Shown: positions 36,321-47,323, counted from the first letter of the stretch. The stretch is 64,000 nucleotides of DNA from an uncultured virus (IMG/VR IMGVR_UViG_3300028833_000145) (IMGVR_UViG_3300028833_000145), one strand, 5' to 3'. Program-made: numbers and translations. The notes: a model not told the origin generated them from the letters alone.

Positions 36321-37022
36321 GTCTGGATTCAAGAGGTGTGCTCTCACAAGCAGCTCCTCATAGCTTTTCTTGTAATAAGGATTTTTGATGTTCATGCCAA
36401 TTTTTGCAGCCCACAGATTCTGTTCGGCTTGAAGCTCTTCAAAGATATATCTAGCATCTCCACACATGAGTCCAGGATCTTCATCTTTGCAAGACTGGTT
36501 GACAATATGCCAAGAATCTGGATATCCGATCATTGCTCTCAAGTCCAGACCAATTGCATTCAAAAGGGTCTTTGCAACATTGATGTCTAGATCCTTGCTG
36601 CTTCTCCACTCAAGCACTGGTCTTGCAAGAACATCTCTATCTTTGCCATTGTTGAGCCACTCAGCAACAAGATGCCGATGGCAAAACTTCTCAGGAGTCT
36701 CATAGCAAAGAAGAGTGACATTTCTGCAGACACTCTCATCTTCAAGATGCACAATCTTCCTGACAATGTCTGATTGATCTAGCTCACTCAAGACAGTCTC
36801 TTTGTACTTCTCGGTATACCAAGCTCTAGACTCTTCACTCTCAAGATTGTCTTTGAATGAATCATGCCAGATCTTCCACCACCACTTCTTTGGAGCTAGC
36901 TCTGGTAGCTTGTATCCTCTGAACCACTTTGGAGAGAAGCCAGCAATTGAGACAAATACCTCTTTATGACACTCTTTCTCAATGGCTTTGATGTTTCCGA
37001 AATATGATGTATGGATGCTCAT
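36306..37022 (-). CDS. DUF488-like protein fused to a SxEEL-family C-terminal domain
   Basis: IHTSYF, ELAP, LLCYETPEKFCHRHLVAEWL. Confidence 0.75.
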   Translation of the reverse strand: MSIHTSYFGNIKAIEKECHKEVFVSIAGFSPKWFRGYKLPELAPKKWWWKIWHDSFKDNLESEESRAWYTEKYKETVLSELDQSDIVRKIVHLEDESVCRNVTLLCYETPEKFCHRHLVAEWLNNGKDRDVLARPVLEWRSSKDLDINVAKTLLNAIGLDLRAMIGYPDSWHIVNQSCKDEDPGLMCGDARYIFEELQAEQNLWAAKIGMNIKNPYYKKSYEELLVRAHLLNPDLSCG

Positions 37023-37498
37023 TGATCATCCTCCTCCTCATCACTTTCATCTTCATCATCTTCCCACTCAGAATCATCATCTTCATCCGGAAGGTCATCA
37101 TAGAACTCTGGATTGTCTTCAGTGCCTCCTTCAAACATCTGGTCATCGAATAGCTTCACTCCTTGCTCTAAGCTCTTGAAATCCAGCTGCTGTGATCCTT
37201 CATCAGTTTTCACCTCGGCATCATAGTTATCCGGACCTTCAGCTGCTGCTTCAGCATTGACCTCTTGTGATTCATGGCTTCTAAACTCTGATGGAGCATC
37301 TTTCCCATTTCCAAGCTCTTCTTGGAGCTGCTTTGAAGCACGCAACCACTCAGCATCTCCAAATACATCATAGTTGTCATCATTGTCAACGCCAGCTTCT
37401 AAGTTTCTTTCATCTGGAACATCAATATCTTTTATGTCATTGAGGTCAACATTGTCAGATGTGCTGACCTTGCTAAAGTCAAAATCCTTTGCCATCAC
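37019..37498 (-). CDS. Highly acidic hypothetical protein
   Basis: D/E-rich 159-aa ORF with 4-bp overlaps at both ends. Confidence 0.65.
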   Translation of the reverse strand: MMAKDFDFSKVSTSDNVDLNDIKDIDVPDERNLEAGVDNDDNYDVFGDAEWLRASKQLQEELGNGKDAPSEFRSHESQEVNAEAAAEGPDNYDAEVKTDEGSQQLDFKSLEQGVKLFDDQMFEGGTEDNPEFYDDLPDEDDDSEWEDDEDESDEEEDDQ

Positions 37499-38280
37499 AC
37501 CAGCTCCTTAACAAGTTTTGCTCTCTCAAGTGGAATCCAACCATATCCAAGCCAATTCCAGCCCCATCTAGTTCCTGGAGCTCTCAGAAGTGTCTTACCT
37601 GGAATTGGAGCTGGAACAAATGCTTCATCATTGATGTCATAGACTCTGAGAATATCACCTTTTTGGTATCTCCAAAGCTGCACATCATCAACTTCTACAG
37701 AATCAAGCAACTCAACTTCATCTCCGACATCCCACTTGAATTGCTTTGTAGCAATTTCTATCTCAGACCATGATGGAGCAAGCAATTTCCAAAAATCTCT
37801 TGCAAGAGTCTTGTCATTGAATCGATAAGCAACATAGCTGCCAGTGCTCCATTGAAATCCAACTTCATCATTCATAAGCATGCAACGGCTGCATCTTCCA
37901 TCTAACTTAGTCTTCAAGTGACTCCATTGAGTTAACTTGCACTTTCTCAAAGCTGTCTTCTCAGAGAAGACTTTGCTTTTCTCATTTATCTCTTCTGCAA
38001 CTTGCCATAGCAGCTCATCCAAGCTAAAATCTCCAGTGAATGAGCTGCTGCTATTGAGAAATGAAAGATCTTGGTTGAAGTCTTTGAAGTCATCCGCTGG
38101 CATTTCATAGCTAGATTTCCACCGCTTCTTTTCTTTATTAGATAGATCTTTTCCAGCAATCAACTCAGGAAGTTGCCCAATGTTTCTTGAGGCAAGCTCA
38201 TCCAAGCTAGAGAACTCTTGCCACTGTGGCTTAACATGATGACCATATATCCAAACTCTATGAACATTTCCATCTATCAT
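37495..38280 (-). CDS. Hypothetical protein
   Basis: 261-aa ORF with 4-bp overlaps. Confidence 0.7.
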   Translation of the reverse strand: MIDGNVHRVWIYGHHVKPQWQEFSSLDELASRNIGQLPELIAGKDLSNKEKKRWKSSYEMPADDFKDFNQDLSFLNSSSSFTGDFSLDELLWQVAEEINEKSKVFSEKTALRKCKLTQWSHLKTKLDGRCSRCMLMNDEVGFQWSTGSYVAYRFNDKTLARDFWKLLAPSWSEIEIATKQFKWDVGDEVELLDSVEVDDVQLWRYQKGDILRVYDINDEAFVPAPIPGKTLLRAPGTRWGWNWLGYGWIPLERAKLVKELV

Positions 38281-38864
38281 CTTAATTCTTCTCCAAGAAT
38301 CAAATTCATCTTGAGTTTGAGGCTTTCAATGCTTTCAAATGCATTGAGAACAATGTCATTTGGCTCTTTGTCAAAGAAAAGCCACTCATACTGCCTAAAT
38401 ACATCTTCAAGCAAAATAGTGAATCCTCTAGAGCTAGCTTTGACCATCAACTCCATAGTTATTCCATGAAGCAAAAGCTTCAAGTCTTTGCAAGTCTCAT
38501 CATTCTGAAAATATTTAGCATGTGTGGTGTCAATAATGTCAGTTTCAAGGAAGAATTCTTCAAACCCGTGTCTTTTGAACTCATCTTTAAGCAATTGAGC
38601 CGGGGACAATCCACAATATCCATCACCAGCTCTAAAAACTACATTTCTTCTAGTTTGCCATCCATTTGCTCTTCTATTGACAAATTGAACTATTGGAAAT
38701 CGATCTCTACCTTCTAAAGCAGAGATAAAAAGATCTTTAGGCTCTAGACGTATTCCATCTAAGCCTCGTGTCTTGAGAACTTGCTCAAGAAGCTTTGCCA
38801 GATGACTTATCTTCTTTGCTTCTCTTTTAAGTGTTTTTGGCTCAACAAACATCAACTTCATCAA
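38277..38864 (-). CDS. Hypothetical protein, SxEEL family
   Basis: Ends ESIESLKLKMNL. Confidence 0.65.
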   Translation of the reverse strand: MMKLMFVEPKTLKREAKKISHLAKLLEQVLKTRGLDGIRLEPKDLFISALEGRDRFPIVQFVNRRANGWQTRRNVVFRAGDGYCGLSPAQLLKDEFKRHGFEEFFLETDIIDTTHAKYFQNDETCKDLKLLLHGITMELMVKASSRGFTILLEDVFRQYEWLFFDKEPNDIVLNAFESIESLKLKMNLILGEELR

Positions 38865-38951
38865 TCTTTCAAGTAAAATTTTAAAGTTCTAGATTTTCCT
38901 AATAAGGTAAGTAAACTAAAGCTTACAAATTATTATAGAAAGAAACAGACT

Positions 38952-41024
38952 ATGGCATAGGCAGAAGGAAAGTCAATTTCAGAGCTAGGTTCAGCAATTG
39001 CATATATGGATCCAAATGACTTAGCATTGATTTCACAAAAGCAAAGCAATGGTTCATATACATCAAAAGCTGTTTCAAAAGCAGCTTTTGAAAAACTGAC
39101 AATCTCTGGTGAACGTGATGCTTCAACTAGAACTGCATCTAGCTATAAAGTGCTGCAGTTTGTTGATAGTTCGTCTGCACATCTTGGATCTGGATATCTA
39201 TAGCATGCTTTTTGGGAAGGCGGAGCAAATGCAACATAGATTATAGCATAGAAGAAATGTGGCACTGAGACAAAGAGTGGAATTCTTGCTGTAGTTGTAA
39301 ATCCAAATGGCTCTAGATATGGCTACTGCACAGCCGAAGGATTTGGCATTGGACCTAGTCCAACAAGTGCAAGTGGACCAAATGTCTACATCCAAGGTTC
39401 TGCTGGATCGATAGAGCTTCGTCCATCATCTGAAGCTGCTCATGGTGGCTACATTGACTTCCACTACCAAGGAAACAGTGGTGACTACACATCACGTCTG
39501 ATTGAAGGACCAAATGACTTCTAGGTGATAGCAGCTAGCAAAAATATTGTTGTCAAAGCAAATGATTCTGGAAAGCAAGTCGTTCTCAATGCTGCAGCAA
39601 ACCAAAGCACACTAGCAAATTCACCAACACAAGGAACTGATGCTAAGAATTCTAAAGCTATAGCTACAGTTGGTTGGGTAGCCTCTAACTTTCTTCCAAC
39701 AAGTGATCTTTTTGATGATCCAACAGAATTAATTGAAGCTCTTGATGGACTTCTCAACAAGCAAGATTTGGTCATCTATGTTGACAGCACAAGCACTCTA
39801 GAAGCTTCTGGAAACTATGTCTTGAAATCTATCAACTCAAAGACTAAAGGTGTCTTCTTGACAAAAGATGCAATAAAGCAAACACCAGTCAAGACAATAT
39901 ATGATGCTATAAAGATCGCAAGAAAGATAAAGTTCTTAGAAGATGCAAACTGCTACATAAGACTTTTGACCGACCAAGAATTCAAGAAACAAGCTGACAA
40001 CTCAAACTTAGTAGAGTCATTTGACTTGTCACACCCAGACTTAGTCCAAAACAAGTGCTTTTATGTTTGTGGCTGGACTGGTGGATCTAACTACAATGCA
40101 ACTAAGCATGAATATACAGGAACTAGTGGAGATGCTGCAGTCAGAAAAATATCGGTTGACTTGACTACACCAGCAAGAACACTAGACAAAAGACATTATG
40201 TTTCATTGATCGTAACTAGAAGCAAGACTATATTTAGACATATTGCATTCTATGGAAAGCTTGGAATGACACATTTCAATGATGGAAGTAGATTCTACTT
40301 GAAAAGCGACTACAAATATGATTCATATTTTGTTAAAAACAATGGAAGTGATGAAGTCAAATTTGAAAAATGCATGATTAGAGGGTGTGATGTTGGATAT
40401 TGTGGTCCACATGGATGTTTCTACAACACTACATTTTCATTTGTCAACACTTGCATTCACAACCTTGCTGGTTAGAGAACAGATATCTATCTAGGATTGA
40501 ATGTGAACAATTGCTATAGATTCATCTATGCTGACTCGGCAGCAACATTCCTTGTTTCTGTTGGATCAACACCATGCAAGTGGAAAATCTACACAGCAGA
40601 ATCTCCAATAATTGTTGGAAATGGTGGAACTGGACGAATCAATCTGTATACTAGTGTAAATGATATTGCTCTCATTGAAGATGCTGCTGGAACAATCAAG
40701 ATTGATGGTGCGTCATATAGCAGAGCTCCATCCGCTGGAACAGCAACAAAAGTCAACACTAACATCGCAGCATTTGAGGTTGGAAGCATAGCACCAATTT
40801 CGACTACAGCGGTAGTTAAAGTAAAGAAAACAGCGAATGATTCATCTACTGACTAGGCAAAAGCATTCATGAAATGGTTCATCAACCAAGAAACTTAGGG
40901 ATATAGTGACAATGGATTCATCAAATTTGACTATGGTGCTAGAAATTGGCTCAGTATGTACACAAAAACAACAGCTCCATGGGCAGACAATGAGATTCCA
41001 GATGGTGGAACTATCTCATTCTGA
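38952..41024 (+). CDS. Tail fibre/tailspike-like protein (690 aa, TAG=Gln)
   Basis: MA*AEGKSISEL start; GGYIDFH..DYTSRLIE fibre motif; beta-helix-like C-terminal half; ends TGA 41024. Confidence 0.7.
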
Positions 41025-41031
41025 GTTTATT

Positions 41032-41619
41032 TCACAGATTAAATCGATGTCTTAGCACATCATGCCAAATTTTGATATTTTTAGTTGTGTGCCCGGCTAG
41101 CCAAGTAGCAGCTTTTGCCATAGTCTCTTCAGATCCACAAAACCTCCAAAGTGTTGAGTCTTCATTTGGATTTGAGAACTCATGATATAGAGCAAGTCTC
41201 TGGTCAAGAGGAACTAGATCATCAAGACATCCACTTTCAACTGCAATACACAAAGATCTAGCAATGACCTGAGATGTCTTCACAAGATTCCAAGAGAGGC
41301 TTGGATATCCTCGATCAACTATCATCTGACCCTGAGGAATCCAATCTCTGAGATGTGAAAGAACTAGGTCTACATCCTTCTCACCAGGTTCATAGTGCTT
41401 GCCATAGTCTCGTTGAGAGACAAAGTGCAAAGCTTTAAGAACCTCAGGAATCTTCTTGTCTAGACCTAAAAGAACTAGAGTGCTAGCAAAGATCTCTGGG
41501 CTCTCAACACAAACTAGCTTGCTTCCCTCAACAATCTTCTCAGACTCTTTGAAGTGAGGAGCAAGACTTGAAGCAAGACTTTTGAAGATTGATGACAACT
41601 CTGTTTCTAGATCTGCCAT
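41032..41619 (-). CDS. Hypothetical protein
   Basis: 195-aa ORF. Confidence 0.65.
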   Translation of the reverse strand: MADLETELSSIFKSLASSLAPHFKESEKIVEGSKLVCVESPEIFASTLVLLGLDKKIPEVLKALHFVSQRDYGKHYEPGEKDVDLVLSHLRDWIPQGQMIVDRGYPSLSWNLVKTSQVIARSLCIAVESGCLDDLVPLDQRLALYHEFSNPNEDSTLWRFCGSEETMAKAATWLAGHTTKNIKIWHDVLRHRFNL

Positions 41620-41665
41620 AGTACTTTCTTTTTAGATATTATGGATGTAGAGACCTAAGACAATG

Positions 41666-42592
41666 TCACTTATGTTGGTGATAGTACTTTGAGCTAATTG
41701 CATCAGAGAATCCAACATCAACCATGACTGGTGTAAGTTGCCCTCTCCTGATTGCAATTCCCCAGTTCTCAGCTCTCTAGACATCTCCAGGAAGAAGCTC
41801 ATCTACTCCATGCTTCTTCCAGAACTAGACAATCTGCATGAATGATCTCTAGCCTGGGGTCATCTTGTCTTCTCTAGTCTTCAAAAGACTTTCAAGAGCA
41901 TTTGCACTTGCTTCAGCTACATCAGCCCACGACAGCATGCTAGTGAAGCCATGCTCTCCATCATGTCTCCAATGCTTAGTTTTAGTCCTCAAGTCATCTA
42001 TAGCTTCTTCAAAGTCTAGCTTCTTTGTCTAGCACAGGGTCTTCATTGCTCCTCTGAGAACATCTTCATTTGCAGTGAACCCTAGAAGCTCAGCTAGCTT
42101 GTTGTCATCTTCTATCTTTGCACAGCACTCAGTCAAGAGAAGTCCATAGTCTTTTGTGGCACCATAGCTCTAGATGAAGCACTCAACATTTGGCTTCCAC
42201 CATCTCTTCTTTGTGTGCTTCAGCTCTTGCTAGCTCTATGCCGCTCCAGCTTCAGACTTAGCTACTTTCAAGCACATTCCACCAAGACAAGCATATGCTG
42301 TTCTTGAAGACCCAGACCCAACAAGCTTTATTGGTGGACATTTCTTCTTGAGATAGTGGTCACGAAGCTAGTCGTGCACCATTCCTCTCCAAGCTTTCTT
42401 GGTAGTTCCAGTTGCTTGAAGAAGCTCAGTAGCATGCTATTTCATTCCAATGTAAGTCTTGCAGATGTCTTTGAAGCTGAAGTCCTAGCCTAGCTGAACA
42501 TTTTCAATGTTGTTGAAGAAGAAGAATGACTCTGACATCTACTAGCCGTCCGGCAAAAGCTGCTTCAAGTCTTCTAAAGTCACAATCTGCAT
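41666..42592 (-). CDS. Ser/Thr protein kinase-like protein (308 aa, TAG=Gln); absent from ORF track
   Basis: LVGSGSSRTAY (Gly loop), CLKVAK, A*S*QE (helix C Glu), GDV*RAENWG (catalytic loop), VMVDVG. Confidence 0.75.
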
Positions 42593-42595
42593 ATT

Positions 42596-43093
42596 TCAGC
42601 AATCCTCAGCATTCTTGTCATCTTTTAGCAATGGGTCTTTGAAAATTTTCTAGAAACTGGCTTCAGTCAAGTTCCCAAGAACAATAGATCGATGCTCATC
42701 ATCATCCAACTTGAGTCCAAGACTTTCAAAAAGCATTGTCACGGCATGGCTTAGCTCATGAACTAAAGTTCCAAAGAAACTAGCTTTAGACTCATCTTTG
42801 AACTACTCAAGCTTCAACACTACAACAACTTCAGTCTCATCCCACAGAAAAGTAAAGGCTGGATTCACCAAGCACTCATCTAGTCTTCGATGAAGCTCTT
42901 CAAATCCTTGCTTCTAGCTGTCAATGTCACTTTCATCTACTAATCCAAGCTTCTAAGCATCGTCTCGAAGTCTTTCAAGGACACTTGAATAGCCATCATC
43001 TTGCATTTCAGCATCTTGAAGCATCAAGACATAAATCTAGCAATGAAGCTCAGGGAGCTCCATTTTATATGACTTTAGACCATTCCAATCCAT
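42596..43093 (-). CDS. HExxH zinc metallopeptidase-like protein (165 aa, TAG=Gln); absent from ORF track
   Basis: GTLVHELSHAV..DDEH; ATG 43093 to TGA 42596. Confidence 0.6.
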
Positions 43094-43127
43094 ACTTATA
43101 CTTACACTAAGTGCAAGTCTAAGAAGA

Positions 43128-43502
43128 TCAAAGTGCTTGACCAGGATATGTATATGGCTCTTTCAAGCTTGATTTCTTCTGTCTAGCTTTTCTCAAAAGA
43201 GTTGCTCCTCCAGGAGTAGGATAAAACAAGGGTGATCTAATCTCCGGCAATGAGTTTGTGACTGCTAGCATCACCTTCTGCTCTTTGAAGAGATATATGC
43301 CTCTAGCATCAACTCCAGTTTTGACAGCTTCCCACTCTTCGGATGACATTGCTACAATTGTCATCTTAAAGTCTAAAACTTGCTTTTGGCATGGTCTATC
43401 AACAACTTCAATCTTAGTCTCAGTGATCTTTGGTTGATCTTTTGCTTCAAGAAATCCAGCTGCTAGAACTAAACTGCAGGCAACTGCTATGAGCTTCTTC
43501 AT
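43128..43502 (-). CDS. Exported hypothetical protein
   Basis: Signal peptide MKKLIAVACSLVLAAGFLEA. Confidence 0.6.
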   Translation of the reverse strand: MKKLIAVACSLVLAAGFLEAKDQPKITETKIEVVDRPCQKQVLDFKMTIVAMSSEEWEAVKTGVDARGIYLFKEQKVMLAVTNSLPEIRSPLFYPTPGGATLLRKARQKKSSLKEPYTYPGQAL

Positions 43503-43503
43503 T

Positions 43504-44052
43504 TTAGACTTCACCTTTCTTTCCAAGAGCCGCAAGAGCATCATCAACTATTTGCTGGTATCCGGATTCATCTCCAGGAATCTCTTTCCAATTTCCAGCT
43601 CCAAGCTCTTTGTCAAGAAGAGCACGAATCTTCATTGATATCTCATCTGACTCGGATTCAGTCTGAAGACGGCCTTTAGGATTATATGGCTTCACTCTTC
43701 TGACAAAATAATCCAGATGTGGTGTGCCAATGCTCTTTGAGACTCTAGCCATCACATTATTGAACTCTTCTCCAAGCCTTGGATCTTTGTTGTAGAACAC
43801 TCCAAGAAGAAGTGGAGAGTCAGTCACAACACACTCTACTTCGCCTTCAAGCCTTGAGAACCTGAAGTATTGCTTTCCAAACACATAAGCTTGGTTTGCA
43901 AGAGCTTTCTCATTTCTCTCCCAAACTTTGTCTTTTGCAAACTCAGTAACAAGCTCAGCATTGACACCAGCCATCTTGAGCTTTGCAAATATCCAAGCAG
44001 CGCCTGTACTTTTCCCACTACCTGGTCCCGAAAATAAATTCACAGCAATCAT
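43504..44052 (-). CDS. P-loop NTPase / nucleotide-kinase-like (NadR/AAA_28 type)
   Basis: FSGPGSGKST, VTEFAK, VVTDSP, GRLQT. Confidence 0.8.
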   Translation of the reverse strand: MIAVNLFSGPGSGKSTGAAWIFAKLKMAGVNAELVTEFAKDKVWERNEKALANQAYVFGKQYFRFSRLEGEVECVVTDSPLLLGVFYNKDPRLGEEFNNVMARVSKSIGTPHLDYFVRRVKPYNPKGRLQTESESDEISMKIRALLDKELGAGNWKEIPGDESGYQQIVDDALAALGKKGEV

Positions 44053-44070
44053 ATCGAAATACTATAGTAT

Positions 44071-44099
44071 TAGACAAAAAATCTGAGATATAGTATAAT
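44071..44099 (+). promoter_or_regulatory. Sigma70-type promoter
   Basis: TAGACA-N17-TATAAT upstream of the 44108-46900 operon. Confidence 0.55.
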
Positions 44100-44107
44100 T
44101 GTTGTTG

Positions 44108-44611
44108 ATGAATGAATTGCTTGATCCTGGAGATGTGACAATGAAGCTAGAGCTACTTCAAGCTCTAGCTGACCACCACAAGTGCACTCACATCCACTTT
44201 TGGAGAGTTCTAAAGCATGGAGCTGCTTGTGCACTTGGTCCTCTAGCTCTTCTGATCTCCAATGAAACAATTGAAGATGATGACGCTGGGTGGAAGCTCC
44301 TGACATTCACTCCAAAGAGACGAAAGAGTCTTGCCGCTCTCCAAATTCCAATGATGATCGAGATCTCAAGCTTGGTGGCATACTGGCCTAGCTATGTCTC
44401 ATTGACTGATCTCTCACTTTGCCTTATTGACAAGATCCAAGAGCTGGTCAAGAATGGCCAAGACATCATTGGACGTCACGTTGATGTATTTGAGCATCGG
44501 CAGTTGCCAAAGAATGAAGAGTGGATCTATGAGGATATCATTTTAGCACCTTCAAAAGGTGAGTCACTTGAGAAGTTGGCAGTGGAGAGGAGGTTGAATC
44601 TTGTTGCCTAG
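44108..44611 (+). CDS. Hypothetical protein, SxEEL family (ends at TAG)
   Basis: Ends GESLEKLAVERRL. Confidence 0.65.
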   Translation: MNELLDPGDVTMKLELLQALADHHKCTHIHFWRVLKHGAACALGPLALLISNETIEDDDAGWKLLTFTPKRRKSLAALQIPMMIEISSLVAYWPSYVSLTDLSLCLIDKIQELVKNGQDIIGRHVDVFEHRQLPKNEEWIYEDIILAPSKGESLEKLAVERRLNLVA

Positions 44612-44996
44612 AGCTAGAGAGCATGATGAGAGCAAGTGGAGAGATCTAGCTTGCAGGATGGCCAAGCAAGTCAAGTGCTCGGTCTCTGAGATCTGGAAGA
44701 GAAAGAGACCAAACTGCAGTGTGAAGACAAGAGTCATCAAGCTCTGGAAGAGCTACACTTACTTCCCAGTCAAATATACAGTCTTGAAGGAGAGCTCTTG
44801 GCAGAGCATTGTAGAAGGAATGTGCAATGGCAAAGCAGTGGTTGATGGGAATCTGTTCACCAGAATCTTCACACGTCGAGAAGATCTAGACAATGTTGCT
44901 GTGCAGCTCACATTGCTTGGATTTGACGACTTGGTCAAGATAGCTGAAGAGAGACTTTCAAGAAAAGAGAAAAAGAAGAAAGAGAAGCAATGCTGA
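44601..44996 (+). CDS. Hypothetical protein, divergent SxEEL family
   Basis: EDLDNVAVQLTL near the C-terminus; start uncertain. Confidence 0.55.
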   Translation: MLPRAREHDESKWRDLACRMAKQVKCSVSEIWKRKRPNCSVKTRVIKLWKSYTYFPVKYTVLKESSWQSIVEGMCNGKAVVDGNLFTRIFTRREDLDNVAVQLTLLGFDDLVKIAEERLSRKEKKKKEKQC

Positions 44997-45403
44997 CAAA
45001 GTCCGACAGAGAGATCTTCCACAAGCTCCTTGACTATCTTGGTGTTGAGCTTCGATTGAGGTGTGTCTCAGGAGGGCCACCAGACAGAAACAATGCATCA
45101 AACAATGGCTTGTACTTCTACACAAAAGACACCGGACACATCCTGATTGAGACAACAGCGGACTTTGAGTTTGAGGATGGCTGGAATGTTGGAGATGAGA
45201 AGAATGCAGCTAGATTCTTGCTTGAGAGCTGTGTTGACTTCATTGATGTCTCACACAAAGATCCAAATGCATCTTGGCGAGTCAAGAAAGTCATTGAGAA
45301 CCCATTCTTTGGATGCTCAAGCCTTGAAGCAGCTGCTCTCAAGCTAGACATTCTCACAGGTGGTGATGGAGTGATGGAAGATGGTGGCAGAGAGCTTAGA
45401 TGA
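44990..45403 (+). CDS. Hypothetical protein, SxEEL family
   Basis: ENPFFGCSSLEAAALKLDI. Confidence 0.65.
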   Translation: MLTKSDREIFHKLLDYLGVELRLRCVSGGPPDRNNASNNGLYFYTKDTGHILIETTADFEFEDGWNVGDEKNAARFLLESCVDFIDVSHKDPNASWRVKKVIENPFFGCSSLEAAALKLDILTGGDGVMEDGGRELR

Positions 45404-45668
45404 AGACTGCTGCAAAGAGCTAATTGGCAAGTTATGTAGTGCCCTAGGTTGGGAAGTGCAGCCAGATCCTGACATGCCACATGTCATGCTTGACCACACA
45501 GGCAAGTGTGCTGCATATGGCAGATCATGGTTTGAGCTCTTTATCTGCTTCTCCAACATGGCTTATGGAAGATGCTGTCCATTCTCCGACAACTATCCAA
45601 AGTGGGCACTTGAGCCAACTGCATCACTTGAAGAGCTTGCAGTCAAGATAGATCTCCACTGCAGCTAG
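45381..45668 (+). CDS. Hypothetical protein, SxEEL family (ends at TAG)
   Basis: ASLEELAVKIDL. Confidence 0.65.
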   Translation: MVAESLDEDCCKELIGKLCSALGWEVQPDPDMPHVMLDHTGKCAAYGRSWFELFICFSNMAYGRCCPFSDNYPKWALEPTASLEELAVKIDLHCS

Positions 45669-45688
45669 ACATAGAAGGAAAAAAGATC

Positions 45689-45958
45689 ATGGTCAAGAGA
45701 CACAGAGCTTCAGGAGCACCAAGACACTTCAAGAAGAACCAACGGAAGCACCAGCCAAGCTGGTGGCTGAGGAAGAGATCTGAAGCGTGCTGCAGGACAT
45801 GCATCTTCTCAGGCAGAGGCTCAGGAAACCGCTACAACAAGATTGGGAACTCTCAAGGAATGTCATGCTTCAACAAGCAGAGCAAGAGATACATGCAGCT
45901 TGTCAAGACCTATGAGAGTCCTTGCCAACTGTACACAAGAGACACAACTGCAGCATGA
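45689..45958 (+). CDS. Small basic Cys-rich protein
   Basis: RBS AGAAGGA; CCxxC..C..C pattern. Confidence 0.6.
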   Translation: MVKRHRASGAPRHFKKNQRKHQPSWWLRKRSEACCRTCIFSGRGSGNRYNKIGNSQGMSCFNKQSKRYMQLVKTYESPCQLYTRDTTAA

Positions 45959-46431
45959 TGATGACCGAGCAGAGAGCAAAGATGATCCTAGACATCCTAG
46001 CCAAGAGAGTTGGCTATGTCTGCTGTGAGCTTGGTGAGCCGCAGTCTAACAGTCTTGACCAAGCTATGATGCAAGAAGAAGCTGACATGATGTCATTTCC
46101 TCTAGCACTGCGAGGCTCTGAGCCAAAGGGATATCGAGAGTATCTGACTTCAAAGACAAAAGGCTATGTCAAGGCTGTCTTTCCAACTAGCAAGCTTGAA
46201 GAGTTCAGAAAGATTCAGTGGTCAACACTTCTAGCTGAGGCTCTTGAGGCTTCAGTGTCAAACAATGAAGACATCTATGTTGGAACAGCTGGAATCCATC
46301 TGAGATATCCAAAGACCTTGTTTCCACCAAAGCCAACACAAGGAATCTTCCTCAAAGCTGGAACAACACCGGAGCAACTTGAGATCTTGGCTGATGTCTT
46401 CTCAGCTGGCGGAGAAGCAAAAGATGACTGA
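45955..46431 (+). CDS. Hypothetical protein, SxEEL family; paralog of 46424-46900
   Basis: AKMILDILAKRVG..WSTLL..PEQLEILADVF. Confidence 0.7.
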   Translation: MMMTEQRAKMILDILAKRVGYVCCELGEPQSNSLDQAMMQEEADMMSFPLALRGSEPKGYREYLTSKTKGYVKAVFPTSKLEEFRKIQWSTLLAEALEASVSNNEDIYVGTAGIHLRYPKTLFPPKPTQGIFLKAGTTPEQLEILADVFSAGGEAKDD

Positions 46432-46900
46432 AGAAAAAGCAAAGAGAATTTTGGACTTTTTAGCTAAGAGAGCTGGATTCTCTAGAGGTTGTGAAGTCCA
46501 TCATGAGAGAAATGCTAGAGGCATGTGGATGCACTATTTGGCACTAGTGCTCTCAAATGGTGATTGCATGCTCAGCTTCATTGTCAACTTAGATCACGGT
46601 GGATATCTTGGAGAAGTCTCATATGAATATCCTGCAAGCTTTGCAACCCACCGATGGTCAACTTTGCTAGACTTGGCATTGAAGCTCTCTAGAGAAGAGC
46701 ACCAACCATGGCAAGTGCGATACCACAGAGACAAAGACAAAGGTTTTCAACAAGATCTTAGCTGGATCTATGCTATGCAAAACAGATTCAACGGCCGACT
46801 GTTTCTTGCTGAAGCTGAAGCTTCGATTGAGCAGCTTGAGATTCTAGCTGATGTCTTTGCATCAGCCAAAGAGATCACTCAAGACACTCAGCTCTTCTAG
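46424..46900 (+). CDS. Hypothetical protein, SxEEL family (ends at TAG)
   Basis: AKRILDFLAKRAG..WSTLL..SIEQLEILADVF. Confidence 0.7.
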   Translation: MTEEKAKRILDFLAKRAGFSRGCEVHHERNARGMWMHYLALVLSNGDCMLSFIVNLDHGGYLGEVSYEYPASFATHRWSTLLDLALKLSREEHQPWQVRYHRDKDKGFQQDLSWIYAMQNRFNGRLFLAEAEASIEQLEILADVFASAKEITQDTQLF

Positions 46901-47323
46901 AGATTTCAGCTTGAAGATCTTGCAATCTAAGCCATCATTCTTCTCAACATGCACCCCTGCTTCCAAGGCTTGCTTCAAGACCGTCCTAGCAACAGCCGCC
47001 TCAACATCAGCAAGATACATCTTCAAGTGGTAGGCAATGTCTTCTAGCTTCAAGAACTGGTAGGGCTTGAATCTGACAACAGACTCATTGAGACTCATCC
47101 TGAATGACTTAGGGAATGGCAGCTCATACCATTCAGCTGGATGCGCTTCAACTGGCCAGAGTCTCTCTGCTCTCTTCAGCTCAACTATCTGAGAGAGCTT
47201 TCTGTTCCATGCGCACACTAGCAGCTCAAAACCATCATAAGAATGTGCACCAAGCTCCAAGCCTCCTAGACACTTTGAGATAGCATCAAGAAAAGCTCTA
47301 GCATCCCGACTGTCTATCATCAA
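46862..47323 (-). CDS. Hypothetical protein, SxEEL family
   Basis: KSLEELSVLSDLFG. Confidence 0.65.
   Translation of the reverse strand: MMIDSRDARAFLDAISKCLGGLELGAHSYDGFELLVCAWNRKLSQIVELKRAERLWPVEAHPAEWYELPFPKSFRMSLNESVVRFKPYQFLKLEDIAYHLKMYLADVEAAVARTVLKQALEAGVHVEKNDGLDCKIFKLKSLEELSVLSDLFG

Noticed and set aside
1..43093. Apparent mass pseudogenisation (many short fragmented ORFs)
   Set aside because: Interruptions are exclusively in-frame TAG, at positions aligning to Gln; no frameshifts or internal TAA/TGA.
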